DNA from: Candidatus Magasanikbacteria bacterium CG10_big_fil_rev_8_21_14_0_10_47_10
GTDB lineage: Bacteria > Patescibacteriota > Patescibacteriia > Magasanikbacterales > UBA922
Assembly: GCA_002773135.1 (NCBI GenBank)
Contig: PFCB01000022.1
Span: forward strand, 7,591-71,590
Length of the DNA stretch: 64,000 nucleotides
Direction: 5' to 3'
Position numbers and translations under genes: made by a program. The notes beneath the pieces are model-generated. The model saw only the letters and a list, made by a program, of their open reading frames with translations. It searched no databases and was not told the DNA's origin. Below are positions 11,177-19,755 of the stretch, piece by piece. The first letter of the stretch is position 1; each line of letters begins with the position of its first letter.

Positions 11177-12790
11177 CTAAATTTCATCCGGTTCTGTCAC
11201 TTCAACATGTCCAGGCATAATTTTGAGCCAGCGTTTGTGGAGCGATCCCAAAAGTTCCATAAGCTCCGGTGATCGAAGAAGATACAGCGTGACCGCGTAT
11301 ACGCCAATCCCCACCACACCCGTGGCGGCGCCTTGTACAAATATTCCCCAAAATCTCGTCATGTCCACAAGGCTCGCAATGGGTCCTTTGAGCCACTGCA
11401 TGAGCATTGCCATGGCAATGCCGCCAACCAATATCTTGTAGGATGATGTTGCAATGCTCTGGGCGTTCATGCTTTGGATTTTCCTCCGCAGAACAACTGC
11501 CAGAGTTGTAGCTTGAAAAACAGCTGCAATAGAAAAGGCAAGGGCAAGTCCGACTATTCCCATACTTTCCTTAAGTGAAAGCGCGGCAATAATGTTGATC
11601 AACACACTCACAAACGCAATAAGAAGCGGTTTTTGCGTGTCATGCATAGCATAAAACGCGCGTGTAAGGAGCGGAATAAGGCATTGCGCGAAAAATGAAA
11701 GCGCGAACAACGCAAGCGCGTTTGCCGTGGTGATTGTCGCGGACCAGTCAAATTTCCCCGCTCCCAAAACCACGCGAACGATTTGAGCGCGTAACAACAG
11801 AAAAACAACACTAAGCGGAATGATAAAAAAAAGAATTTGACGAATAGTATTGGACAGATGCGCGACAAACTCGTTTCGATCGTTTGCCGCAAAATATTCT
11901 GAAAGGGTGGGGAATGCCGCCAACGCGAAAGAAACGCCGATAATACCGACAGGAAAAAATTGCAAATTATTCGCGAAGTTATATATGGTAAGACTGCCGA
12001 TTGCAAGGGTGGATGCCAATATGGTTGTCACCACCATGTTGAGCTGGCTGGTAGCCAAGGTCAGGGTTCGAGGAATCATCAACTTGGCAATTTCGCGCAA
12101 TTCATGACTCTTTAGATCAATCAAGGGTTGGTAGCGGAATCCGGCATGGTAGAGCGTAGGCATCTGAATTGCCAGGTGAAGTACCGCACCGAGCAGCACA
12201 CCATACGCCAGCCCTGCCAGTCCCCAAAGCGGGACAAAAAATAGAGCGCCGATAATGATTCCAATGTTATAAAAAATAGGTGTGAGCGAATAGATAAAAA
12301 AACACTTCAATGACTGCAGAACGCTGCTGGCAATACCACTGAGTCCCAGCAGGAGTGGGCTTGCCAACATGATTCTCGATAAGAGCACAGTCTGACGCAT
12401 TTGATCGGGGTCAAATCCCGGCACTATCAACTTCATAACCCATGGCATAGCCAAAAAAAGTATGAGCAGCACTCCAACAAGGACAACAGCCAGTGAATTT
12501 ATCACGTTATTGGTCAAGACCGCTGCCTCCTTTTTATCCTTCATCCACACCGCCGTAAACACTGGGATAAAACCCGCTGACAGCGCGCCAACGATGATCA
12601 TGTTGTATACCAGATCCGGTATTCGAAAAGCTGCGTAGTAAACATCCAACTCTGTCCCGGCTCCAAACTGCGACGCAAAAATTCGGTCACGGATAACGCC
12701 AATGAACCTGCTCACAAAGGAGGCAGATCCAAGCACCAGCGCAGCGCCGGTAATTGTTTTTGTTTTTGCTGAAACAAATTTTTTAATCAT
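11177..12790 (-). CDS. murJ: Lipid II flippase MurJ (MviN)
   Basis: SRFIGVIRD, AAFRIPD, RAFYAMHDT; ATG at 12790 overlaps the corA stop (ATGA). Confidence 0.92.
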   Translation of the reverse strand: MIKKFVSAKTKTITGAALVLGSASFVSRFIGVIRDRIFASQFGAGTELDVYYAAFRIPDLVYNMIIVGALSAGFIPVFTAVWMKDKKEAAVLTNNVINSLAVVLVGVLLILFLAMPWVMKLIVPGFDPDQMRQTVLLSRIMLASPLLLGLSGIASSVLQSLKCFFIYSLTPIFYNIGIIIGALFFVPLWGLAGLAYGVLLGAVLHLAIQMPTLYHAGFRYQPLIDLKSHELREIAKLMIPRTLTLATSQLNMVVTTILASTLAIGSLTIYNFANNLQFFPVGIIGVSFALAAFPTLSEYFAANDRNEFVAHLSNTIRQILFFIIPLSVVFLLLRAQIVRVVLGAGKFDWSATITTANALALFALSFFAQCLIPLLTRAFYAMHDTQKPLLIAFVSVLINIIAALSLKESMGIVGLALAFSIAAVFQATTLAVVLRRKIQSMNAQSIATSSYKILVGGIAMAMLMQWLKGPIASLVDMTRFWGIFVQGAATGVVGIGVYAVTLYLLRSPELMELLGSLHKRWLKIMPGHVEVTEPDEI

Positions 12791-13707
12791 AGCCATTTTT
12801 TGCTTCTCATCGTCCAAATCACAACGGTAACGATGATCGCGAGTACCGCGAACATTCCCCATATCGTCACCGCGTTGTCCGCAAACGGAAGACCAACGAT
12901 ATTCATACCGTAAATGCTGGCAAGCACGGTAAATGGCAGCATCGCCACCGAAATCGTTGTGAGAGATCCGATGACTTTATTTGTGCGCTGATTAATCAGC
13001 GACTCAACCGTGACATGGAGGCCATCAATAGTATCCTTATATGTATCAACAACCGCCCATGTTTTATTAAGGTAGTCGCTGATATCGTCAAAGTAAAGAG
13101 TTGTTTGCTCGTTTACAAATGGCTTACGCACATGAGAAAGTGTCGCAATTAAGTACCGCTGCGGATCTATAATCCTGCGTATTGTAAGAACAGCGCGCCT
13201 GTACACAGCAAGCTCCTTCACCATTTGAGTGTACTGCTGCCCATCAAAAATGGAGGTCTCAATTTTTGAAAGGGTGCGGCCAATGTTATTGATCATTGGC
13301 CGCGAATTTTTAAATAGTGATTCAAGCAGTCTATAGAGTAAGTAGCCGGAAGTGGCGTTCATCCAGTCCTTCTGAATTTTTTTATTTCGCATGCTTTTGT
13401 AAAAAAATTCTTTCATCTGTTTTGATTGTCCCCTCTGAATGGTTATGAGAAAGCCCTCACCAACAAAAATGCTAAGCTCCTCTGCAGTCACCTGCGTATT
13501 CTGTTGATCCCAGTACGGGAAATGAAGAATAAGAAACAAGTAATTTTTGTACGTGTCAAGCTTTGGTGTCTGCGCTTCACCCTGAATATCATCAAGGTCA
13601 AGGTGGTGAAAATTATATTTTTTTTTCAAAAAATCAAGAGCCGCATCATCGACTTGATCAATGTGCACCCATTTCAGAGTGTCTGCTTTGAGTGTTTTAA
13701 TTGCCAT
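12787..13707 (-). CDS. corA: CorA-family divalent cation transporter
   Basis: YGMN signature and two C-terminal TMs. Confidence 0.9.
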   Translation of the reverse strand: MAIKTLKADTLKWVHIDQVDDAALDFLKKKYNFHHLDLDDIQGEAQTPKLDTYKNYLFLILHFPYWDQQNTQVTAEELSIFVGEGFLITIQRGQSKQMKEFFYKSMRNKKIQKDWMNATSGYLLYRLLESLFKNSRPMINNIGRTLSKIETSIFDGQQYTQMVKELAVYRRAVLTIRRIIDPQRYLIATLSHVRKPFVNEQTTLYFDDISDYLNKTWAVVDTYKDTIDGLHVTVESLINQRTNKVIGSLTTISVAMLPFTVLASIYGMNIVGLPFADNAVTIWGMFAVLAIIVTVVIWTMRSKKWL

Positions 13708-14353
13708 AGGAGGCGTGTGTAGGAATAAATACGTCAATAGTCATGAGCGATGTTCCTATTCCGGAAGTATCGGCGGTAATGACGAGCACTCCTTCCACAT
13801 CATTTTTTTTGAATGAAAATCGGTACTCACCGGGTTCCTCGATTTGACGGCTGAGTGTAAAGTCATGTGACTCGTACTCGCGAGTATGAAAATCATATAA
13901 AAAAGATGGCTTCGTCGGCAGATTACGCCACTCAATGGCATACATGTCTCTGTGATCAGCCACAGGCTTTTGCACAAAGTCAGCAACGGATCGGATAAAA
14001 GATGTTTCTGGTGGCTGGTCACCGGTGACAACAAGGATTGGAGAGAGAACCGTTTTTGGAATGTAGGCGGCATACTCCAGTGCTCTGTTGCGAGCCACGC
14101 CGGGACGATACGAGATTGAAAAAACTTGTTCCGGATCGTATATGGGGATAGCGTCTCGAATGTCCGCTCCTAATTCGTGTATTTCCAATTCACGCGGCCC
14201 CGATAGGATCGAAAGCAAAATGGCAAAGGCGGCAATAAAAAAAACCATACAGCCACAGCCGATAAAACATGTCCGTTTGATACAAGAGCGCTGTCTGCCT
14301 ATTTGTTGCATTGGCGGCTCCTGTATGACGACAGTGTCATTTTTGTGTGGCAT
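13697..14353 (-). CDS. Hypothetical single-pass membrane protein
   Basis: Cys-rich juxtamembrane CFIGCGC followed by TM; start chosen at MPHKND. Confidence 0.6.
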   Translation of the reverse strand: MPHKNDTVVIQEPPMQQIGRQRSCIKRTCFIGCGCMVFFIAAFAILLSILSGPRELEIHELGADIRDAIPIYDPEQVFSISYRPGVARNRALEYAAYIPKTVLSPILVVTGDQPPETSFIRSVADFVQKPVADHRDMYAIEWRNLPTKPSFLYDFHTREYESHDFTLSRQIEEPGEYRFSFKKNDVEGVLVITADTSGIGTSLMTIDVFIPTHASYGN

Positions 14354-14456
14354 AGGAACAGTATCTATGATAGCAGAATTGGCACTGAATTGGTAGGCTG
14401 GTAATTTGTTTGGTATAGTAACCTGTAAAGCAGTATTATTAAGATCAACGGACAGT

Positions 14457-15812
14457 ATGAAAGTCACTTTTTTTGGTGCGGCGCATCAGGTTACCGGGTC
14501 GTGTCACCTTATTGAAACAAAGACAAAGCGTATATTATTTGATTGCGGCATGTTTCAGGGAGGTAATTATAATGAGGGCAGAAATGCAGATGCATTTCCG
14601 TTTGACCCGTCTGAGCTTGATGCTGTTTTTGTAAGTCATGCACACGCAGATCACAGCGGACGTGTGCCAAAGCTCATACGCGATGGATACGCTGGCGCGG
14701 TATACATGACGAAAGGCACTCGGGAGCTGGCGAAAATTATTTGGGATGATTCGCTCTCAATCATGCGGTATGACAATGAAAAATTTCAGCGGCCAATTTT
14801 GTTTGATGAACATGATATTGATGAGGCCTATGGCTGCTGTGATGGTGTGGACTATCATCAAAAAATTGACCTGGGTGACGGAGTGACTGCACTATTTAAA
14901 GATGCGGGGCATATATTTGGCTCATCCTTTATAGAGCTTCATGCAGACGGCAAAACCCTAGCATATTCCGGTGATTTGGGCAATAAGAATGCCCCAATCG
15001 TGCGTCCTACTGAAATGCTTGGGGAAATAGACGTACTTCTTATAGAATCAACCTATGGGGACAGACTTCATGAACCAGAGGGGCACAGAAAACAGCTTTT
15101 GCTTGATATTGTAAAAAAGGGGATAGCAAATGGAGGTGTGATTATGATGCCGGCCTTTTCCATAGAACGAACACAGGAAATTTTGTATGATTTGGATCAA
15201 CTCAAAGAGCACGATAAGACACTACCAAATTTACCGATCTACCTGGACAGTCCAATGGCTATTAAAGCGGGCAAAGTATACAAAGAATTTCCAGAGTACT
15301 ATGACGAAGAGGCTGCTCAGCAATATAAAATGGGTGATGATTTTTTACATTTTGACGGTTTGGAAGTAACACCATCTCGAGAAGATTCAAAGCGCATCAA
15401 TCATTCGCCAAATCCAAAGATGATAATCGCGGGAGCTGGCATGATGAACGGTGGGCGGATATTGCACCATGCGAAGCGATATTTACCAGATCCTGCATCG
15501 CTTCTTGTTTTGGTTGGATATCAGGCGCAGGGAACATTGGGTCGCAGATTGTACGAAGGTGCAGAGGAAGTTGAAATACATGGTGATAGAATTCCTGTTC
15601 GTGCAACGGTCACTGCTATTGGCGCGTTGTCAGCGCACGCAGATCAAGATAAGTTGGTTGATTGGGTTCGTTCAGCAAAAAAAACACCGGCAAAGGTGTA
15701 TTGTGTTCATGGCGAGCCGCATGCATCAACTGAGCTTGCTCATCGATTAAAAAAAGAAATTTCAGGTTTAGAAGCATTTGTTCCAGAAGAAGGGGAGACG
15801 GTTGAAATTTGA
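14457..15812 (+). CDS. MBL-fold beta-CASP nuclease (RNA-metabolising family)
   Basis: SHAHADHSG, AGHIFGS, ESTYG, SAHAD, VHGE motifs. Confidence 0.92.
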   Translation: MKVTFFGAAHQVTGSCHLIETKTKRILFDCGMFQGGNYNEGRNADAFPFDPSELDAVFVSHAHADHSGRVPKLIRDGYAGAVYMTKGTRELAKIIWDDSLSIMRYDNEKFQRPILFDEHDIDEAYGCCDGVDYHQKIDLGDGVTALFKDAGHIFGSSFIELHADGKTLAYSGDLGNKNAPIVRPTEMLGEIDVLLIESTYGDRLHEPEGHRKQLLLDIVKKGIANGGVIMMPAFSIERTQEILYDLDQLKEHDKTLPNLPIYLDSPMAIKAGKVYKEFPEYYDEEAAQQYKMGDDFLHFDGLEVTPSREDSKRINHSPNPKMIIAGAGMMNGGRILHHAKRYLPDPASLLVLVGYQAQGTLGRRLYEGAEEVEIHGDRIPVRATVTAIGALSAHADQDKLVDWVRSAKKTPAKVYCVHGEPHASTELAHRLKKEISGLEAFVPEEGETVEI

Positions 15813-15815
15813 TTG

Positions 15816-16097
15816 CCTGGGTGAGCAATACAAATCAATCCATAGCTGCAGCCGTCGAGGTGTCGTTCCAGATGGTGAGGATACGACCTTCTCGATGCTG
15901 AGGATTGCCGCGCTGACTATTGTGGCACCTCTACCGCCACAAACTGTATTGATCACCCAGGGGTTCTCTCCTACCGCGTCATCGCGTCCTCCGGCCTGCT
16001 TGCCCGCCAGCGCGATGAACCCAACTGTGGTATCAGCGTACCAAGTCAGGCATGCAGGGACATCTGCGCACCCTCGGAAATGCGCAATTATCCAATG
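15816..16097 (-). ncRNA. Candidate structured ncRNA B (~280 nt), family unknown
   Basis: TTGCTT-17-TATGAT promoter (16131-16103); several hairpins with minus-strand G-U pairs; 17-nt helix CCTGGGTGATCAATACA/TGTATTGCTCACCCAGG; loop CGCTGA complementary to downstream TCAGCG. Confidence 0.6.
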
Positions 16098-16130
16098 CTC
16101 TAATCATATCAATCAGTTTGAATTGAAGCA

Positions 16131-16163
16131 AACAAAAAAGCACCAATATGGCGCTTTTTTGTT
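16131..16163 (-). terminator. Terminator of candidate ncRNA A
   Basis: AAAAAAGCGCCA-TAT-TGGTGCTTTTTTGTT on minus strand; the G-U pair favours minus. Confidence 0.75.
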
Positions 16164-16176
16164 CCGTCTATCTGCT

Positions 16177-16447
16177 AGAAGTAACAAAGAGAGGGGAATT
16201 GGGTGATACCGAAGTACCACCCGTGTGGGATTTACTAGGTTCCCGAACCTCTGTTAGCACGCCGCATCTGCCGTTGCAGATGGCCACAATGCGGCGAGAG
16301 CCGACAGTGGCGACCTATGTCGCCTTCACGCGGGATAAACCCGCGGAGCGTAGATTTCTCCACGCTCGCCAATGGCCAGGCATTGAATGCCGGGCACAAC
16401 TTTGGCGAGATACGTATCTCATCAGAGTTGTGCCTGTCACTTACTGA
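16177..16447 (-). ncRNA. Candidate structured ncRNA A (~270 nt), family unknown
   Basis: TTGACA-17-TATAGT promoter; 5'/3' closing helix AAGTGACAGG/TTTGTTACTT; about eight hairpins including C(UUCG)G and GAAA tetraloops; terminator downstream. Confidence 0.7.
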
Positions 16448-16453
16448 CCACTC

Positions 16454-16482
16454 ACTATAACAGACAATTATCATTCTGTCAA
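16454..16482 (-). promoter_or_regulatory. sigma70 promoter of candidate ncRNA A
   Basis: TTGACA (16482-16477), 17 nt, TATAGT (16459-16454). Confidence 0.75.
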
Positions 16483-16511
16483 GTACTGCCAGCCTCTGTG
16501 GTGTGAATAAC

Positions 16512-16636
16512 TAGAATATTGGCTTATTCTATCCAATTTTATCCATGATCATACCACCTTTGCAGATGGAATAGTCACGGGTGAGGTTGGGCAAGCAACC
16601 TCTGACCCTCCAATTGTACCCCTCTTGCCAGGGGCA
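16512..16636 (-). other. Structured 3' UTR/RNA element C with kissing-loop pair
   Basis: TGCCCCT-GGCAAG-AGGGGTA and GAGGTTG-CTTGCC-CAACCTC have complementary loops; followed by CCATCT-GCAA-AGGTGG and TAGAATA-AGCCAA-TATTCTA. Confidence 0.6.
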
Positions 16637-16639
16637 GAC

Positions 16640-16891
16640 CTACGTGTGGTCGTTAAAGCCGTCGAGCGGGTCCTCGTCACGTCGCAGTGCGATTCGCGCC
16701 ATGTGCTCACAGGCGACGCCCAGTGCTACGCAGAGGAGCACGACTGCGGTAAAGAACCAGTTGACGGCGATGTTCGTCACATAGGCGTACCAGGCGAGGT
16801 ACATCGCGCCACCCAACAGCCCGAAGGCCACCAGGTAGAGCACAGTCGCTGCCGCGATCTGTGAGGGTCGCAGCCCTTTGTGCTTGTCCAT
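16640..16891 (-). CDS. GC-rich orphan two-TM small membrane protein (83 aa)
   Basis: AAGGAG SD; TTGACA-17-TATGGT promoter; two hydrophobic helices and an acidic tail. Confidence 0.7.
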   Translation of the reverse strand: MDKHKGLRPSQIAAATVLYLVAFGLLGGAMYLAWYAYVTNIAVNWFFTAVVLLCVALGVACEHMARIALRRDEDPLDGFNDHT

Positions 16892-16917
16892 GTTTTCTCC
16901 TTCTTGATGGACATCCC

Positions 16918-16960
16918 ACCATACTATATCTTTGTAAACCTGTCAAGATTATGATACAAT
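16918..16960. promoter_or_regulatory. Overlapping divergent sigma70 promoters
   Basis: Minus: TTGACA (16946-16941)-17-TATGGT (16923-16918). Plus: TTGTAA (16932-16937)-17-TACAAT (16955-16960). Confidence 0.65.
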
Positions 16961-17001
16961 AATTGCGCTAAAACTAAATAAATATAATCCACAAATTGCA
17001 T

Positions 17002-17685
17002 ATGCCTGAGCGAATTATATCCGGAAAAGAAATTTTTGCGCTTAGACTTATAGATCAACATTCTAATAAAGTTTTGGCTGATAATCCCGGTATACTTGAC
17101 GATATCGCCGGTGGAGAGCTAAGTACAGAAGAGATTGCTATAAAGTATGAGGTTGCGCGCAAATATGGTGTTACACCTGAAATTGCTAAATCCATCATCA
17201 AGGGCATAGGTCAGCGTGAATTTTCTGCTGAAGAAAGAGCTAAAATTTTTGAGCCCAGGGTGCGTGAGAGTAGGCAGCGTGGAGGATATACAACATTGGC
17301 CGCAGGAACTGGAGTACATGGACTAACAGAGTCACAGCGACGAGATGCCTCACACAAGGCTGGTTCGGTCGCAGGGCCGCAGAGTTATAAAGAGAGATTT
17401 GGTTTGTTTGGGCTGGACAAGGAGACCCTAAGAAAAAGGATAGCGAGCAGTATGCGGGGGAAAGAAACTAGTTGGTTTAATCCCAACAATGTTCGCGATG
17501 GCAAAACAGAAGCAGAATATGCACTTTTTTTGGTTTCTCAACCAGATTATCAGTTGCACAAGGGAGACGTAGTTTCGCCGGATTACACAAAGATCATGGG
17601 AGCCGTAAACGCAATATTTGGGAGAAATCGTTCTAGGGCGGCAGTGAAGGGTTTTTTTGAAAATGAAAAAATGCGCAATCGTTAA
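17002..17685 (+). CDS. Hypothetical basic protein with KGG-like repeats and possible Myb/SANT-like C-terminus
   Basis: RGG...GVHGLTESQRRDASHKAG...GLFGLDKE repeats; W...EAEYALFL...YTKIMGAVNAIFGRNRSRAAV; abuts uvrB. Confidence 0.6.
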   Translation: MPERIISGKEIFALRLIDQHSNKVLADNPGILDDIAGGELSTEEIAIKYEVARKYGVTPEIAKSIIKGIGQREFSAEERAKIFEPRVRESRQRGGYTTLAAGTGVHGLTESQRRDASHKAGSVAGPQSYKERFGLFGLDKETLRKRIASSMRGKETSWFNPNNVRDGKTEAEYALFLVSQPDYQLHKGDVVSPDYTKIMGAVNAIFGRNRSRAAVKGFFENEKMRNR

Positions 17686-19755
17686 ATGAATATGGAGAGT
17701 CTGAAGTTTAAACTTCAATCACAATACAAACCAGCAGGCGACCAGCCACAGGCCATAGAAGGCCTTGTTTCTGGTTACAAAAATGGCATGAAGCGACAGA
17801 CCTTGCTTGGGGTAACCGGATCAGGAAAAACATTCACCATGGCAAATGTTATTCAACAAACGCAACTGCCAACGCTTGTTATTGCACACAACAAAACACT
17901 GGCCGCCCAGCTATGCAATGAGTTTAGAGAATTTTTTCCAAACAATGCGGTTGAGTACTTTGTGAGTTACTATGATTATTACCAGCCAGAGGCGTACATG
18001 CCGGGTTCTGATACATATATAGAAAAAGAAGCGCAGATCAATGAAGAAATTGATCGCCTGCGCCACGCGTCTACTCAAGCCATTTTATCTCGCAAAGACA
18101 CTATTATCGTGGCGTCTGTTTCTGCTATTTATTCTCTTGGGTCGCCAAAAGAATATGAAAGCAGTGTGCTCCATTTGGAAAAAGGGCAAAAATTGGATAG
18201 ACGCAGCATGCTGGAGCGGCTGGTAGAAATGCAGTTTGAACGAACAAATGCGGATTTGACGCGTGGAACATTTCGCATGCACGGACAAATTTTTGATATC
18301 ATGCCGGTGAATGAGGAGCGGGTGTACAGATTTGAAATAGGGGAGGAGATTAACGCGATTGAACGGATTCATCCAGTATCAAGAAAAATTCTGAATGAAC
18401 TGCAAGACGCATGGATTTTCCCTGCCAAGCATTATGTCGCGACGCCGGCACAGCGAGAACGCGCAATAAAAAGTATTGATGCTGAATTAGTTAATCAGCT
18501 TGCTTTTTTTAAAAAAAGTGGAAAAGTGTTAGAACACGAACGATTAAAACGACGAGTAAAGTATGATATTGAAATGATTCGCAATGTTGGATACTGTAAT
18601 GGTATAGAAAATTACTCGAGCCATTTTGATGGAAGGGCGCCGGGCGAGGCTGCCTATACACTGCTTGATTTTTTTCAGCATGGTGCTGGTGAATACCTCA
18701 CGATTATTGATGAATCGCATGTGACTGTCCCGCAAATTGGTGCTATGTATCGCGGTGATCGTGCACGAAAAGAAACTTTGGTTGAACATGGGTTTCGATT
18801 ACCAAGTGCAAAAGACAACAGGCCGCTCACATTTGAGGAGTTTGACGAACGGGTTAAAAAAATTACATATGTTTCTGCCACGCCAGCAGAATATGAACTG
18901 AAAATCGCAGAGCAAGTGGTGGAGCAGATTGTACGGCCAACCGGCCTTATTGATCCTGAAGTGATCATTTGCCCTGTGACAGAAACAAAGACCAATGCAT
19001 CTCAGGTTGATGATGTGATTATGCGGATTCAAGAGCGAGTTGCTTCTGGCGAGCGCGCATTAGTGACAACACTGACCAAACGTATGGCAGAGGATTTGAC
19101 TGAGTTTCTCGACAAAAAAGGACTAAAGGTTACATATCTGCATAGCGACATTAAGACAATTGAGAGAATAGATATTATTGGTAAGCTTCGGAAAGGCGAA
19201 GTAGACGTCATTGTGGGTGTGAACTTGCTTAGAGAAGGACTGGATATTCCCGAGGTTTCTCTTGTGGCAATTTTGGACGCGGATAAAGAAGGATTTTTGC
19301 GGAGTGAAACAAGCCTTATTCAGACAATTGGTCGTGCAGCGCGGAACGTGAATGGGCAAGTGGTGATGTACGCAGATCACAGTACCGGATCCATTCAGCG
19401 TGCGATAGCTGAAACAGACCGACGCCGCACCGTGCAACTGGCGTATAATAAAAAACATGGCATAACACCAAAGACAATTGAAAAAGCAATTCGGAATATA
19501 TTGGAAGAATTTGGAATAGATACTGTGCAATCTGCAAATGGCATGAACGCGCGAAAAAAAGGAAGAGGAAAACGTGAGAGTTCTATATTGGAGCTCGATT
19601 TAATTGGTGATGCAAGGCCGATAGCAACAATTATTAAAGACAAAGAATCAAAAATGAAAGAGGCTGCAAAAAATTTGGAATTTGAATTAGCTGCAATTTT
19701 GCGCGATGAAGTGCGGGAGCTTCGGGCAAGAGAGAGGACAGGAGAGAAATTATGA
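17686..19755 (+). CDS. uvrB: Excinuclease ABC subunit B
   Basis: GVTGSGKTFT, YYDYYQPEAY, DESH, C-terminal UVR coil. Confidence 0.98.
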   Translation: MNMESLKFKLQSQYKPAGDQPQAIEGLVSGYKNGMKRQTLLGVTGSGKTFTMANVIQQTQLPTLVIAHNKTLAAQLCNEFREFFPNNAVEYFVSYYDYYQPEAYMPGSDTYIEKEAQINEEIDRLRHASTQAILSRKDTIIVASVSAIYSLGSPKEYESSVLHLEKGQKLDRRSMLERLVEMQFERTNADLTRGTFRMHGQIFDIMPVNEERVYRFEIGEEINAIERIHPVSRKILNELQDAWIFPAKHYVATPAQRERAIKSIDAELVNQLAFFKKSGKVLEHERLKRRVKYDIEMIRNVGYCNGIENYSSHFDGRAPGEAAYTLLDFFQHGAGEYLTIIDESHVTVPQIGAMYRGDRARKETLVEHGFRLPSAKDNRPLTFEEFDERVKKITYVSATPAEYELKIAEQVVEQIVRPTGLIDPEVIICPVTETKTNASQVDDVIMRIQERVASGERALVTTLTKRMAEDLTEFLDKKGLKVTYLHSDIKTIERIDIIGKLRKGEVDVIVGVNLLREGLDIPEVSLVAILDADKEGFLRSETSLIQTIGRAARNVNGQVVMYADHSTGSIQRAIAETDRRRTVQLAYNKKHGITPKTIEKAIRNILEEFGIDTVQSANGMNARKKGRGKRESSILELDLIGDARPIATIIKDKESKMKEAAKNLEFELAAILRDEVRELRARERTGEKL

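Noticed and set aside
15920..15940. GTAGAGGTGCCACA resembling a lysine riboswitch start or an RNase P segment
   Set aside because: Other conserved elements are absent and no downstream gene is in riboswitch orientation; left to cmscan
15985..16002. GCAGGCCGGAGGACGC resembling SRP helix 8
   Set aside because: Lacks the GNRA loop plus AGCAG symmetric loop
16400..16428. CTGATGAG on the minus strand suggesting a hammerhead ribozyme
   Set aside because: The stem is followed by CGCCAAAG rather than the required GAAA core
15768..16474. ORF-track ORFs 15778-16206, 16148-16447, 16235-16474, 15768-15956
   Set aside because: No SD or protein-like features, and they cross promoters, a terminator or the nuclease gene; RNA structure explains the region better
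16502..16510. Scattered DnaA-box-like 9-mers (also 41631, 56731) as a possible oriC
   Set aside because: Isolated boxes, with no cluster, unwinding element or dnaA/dnaN nearby
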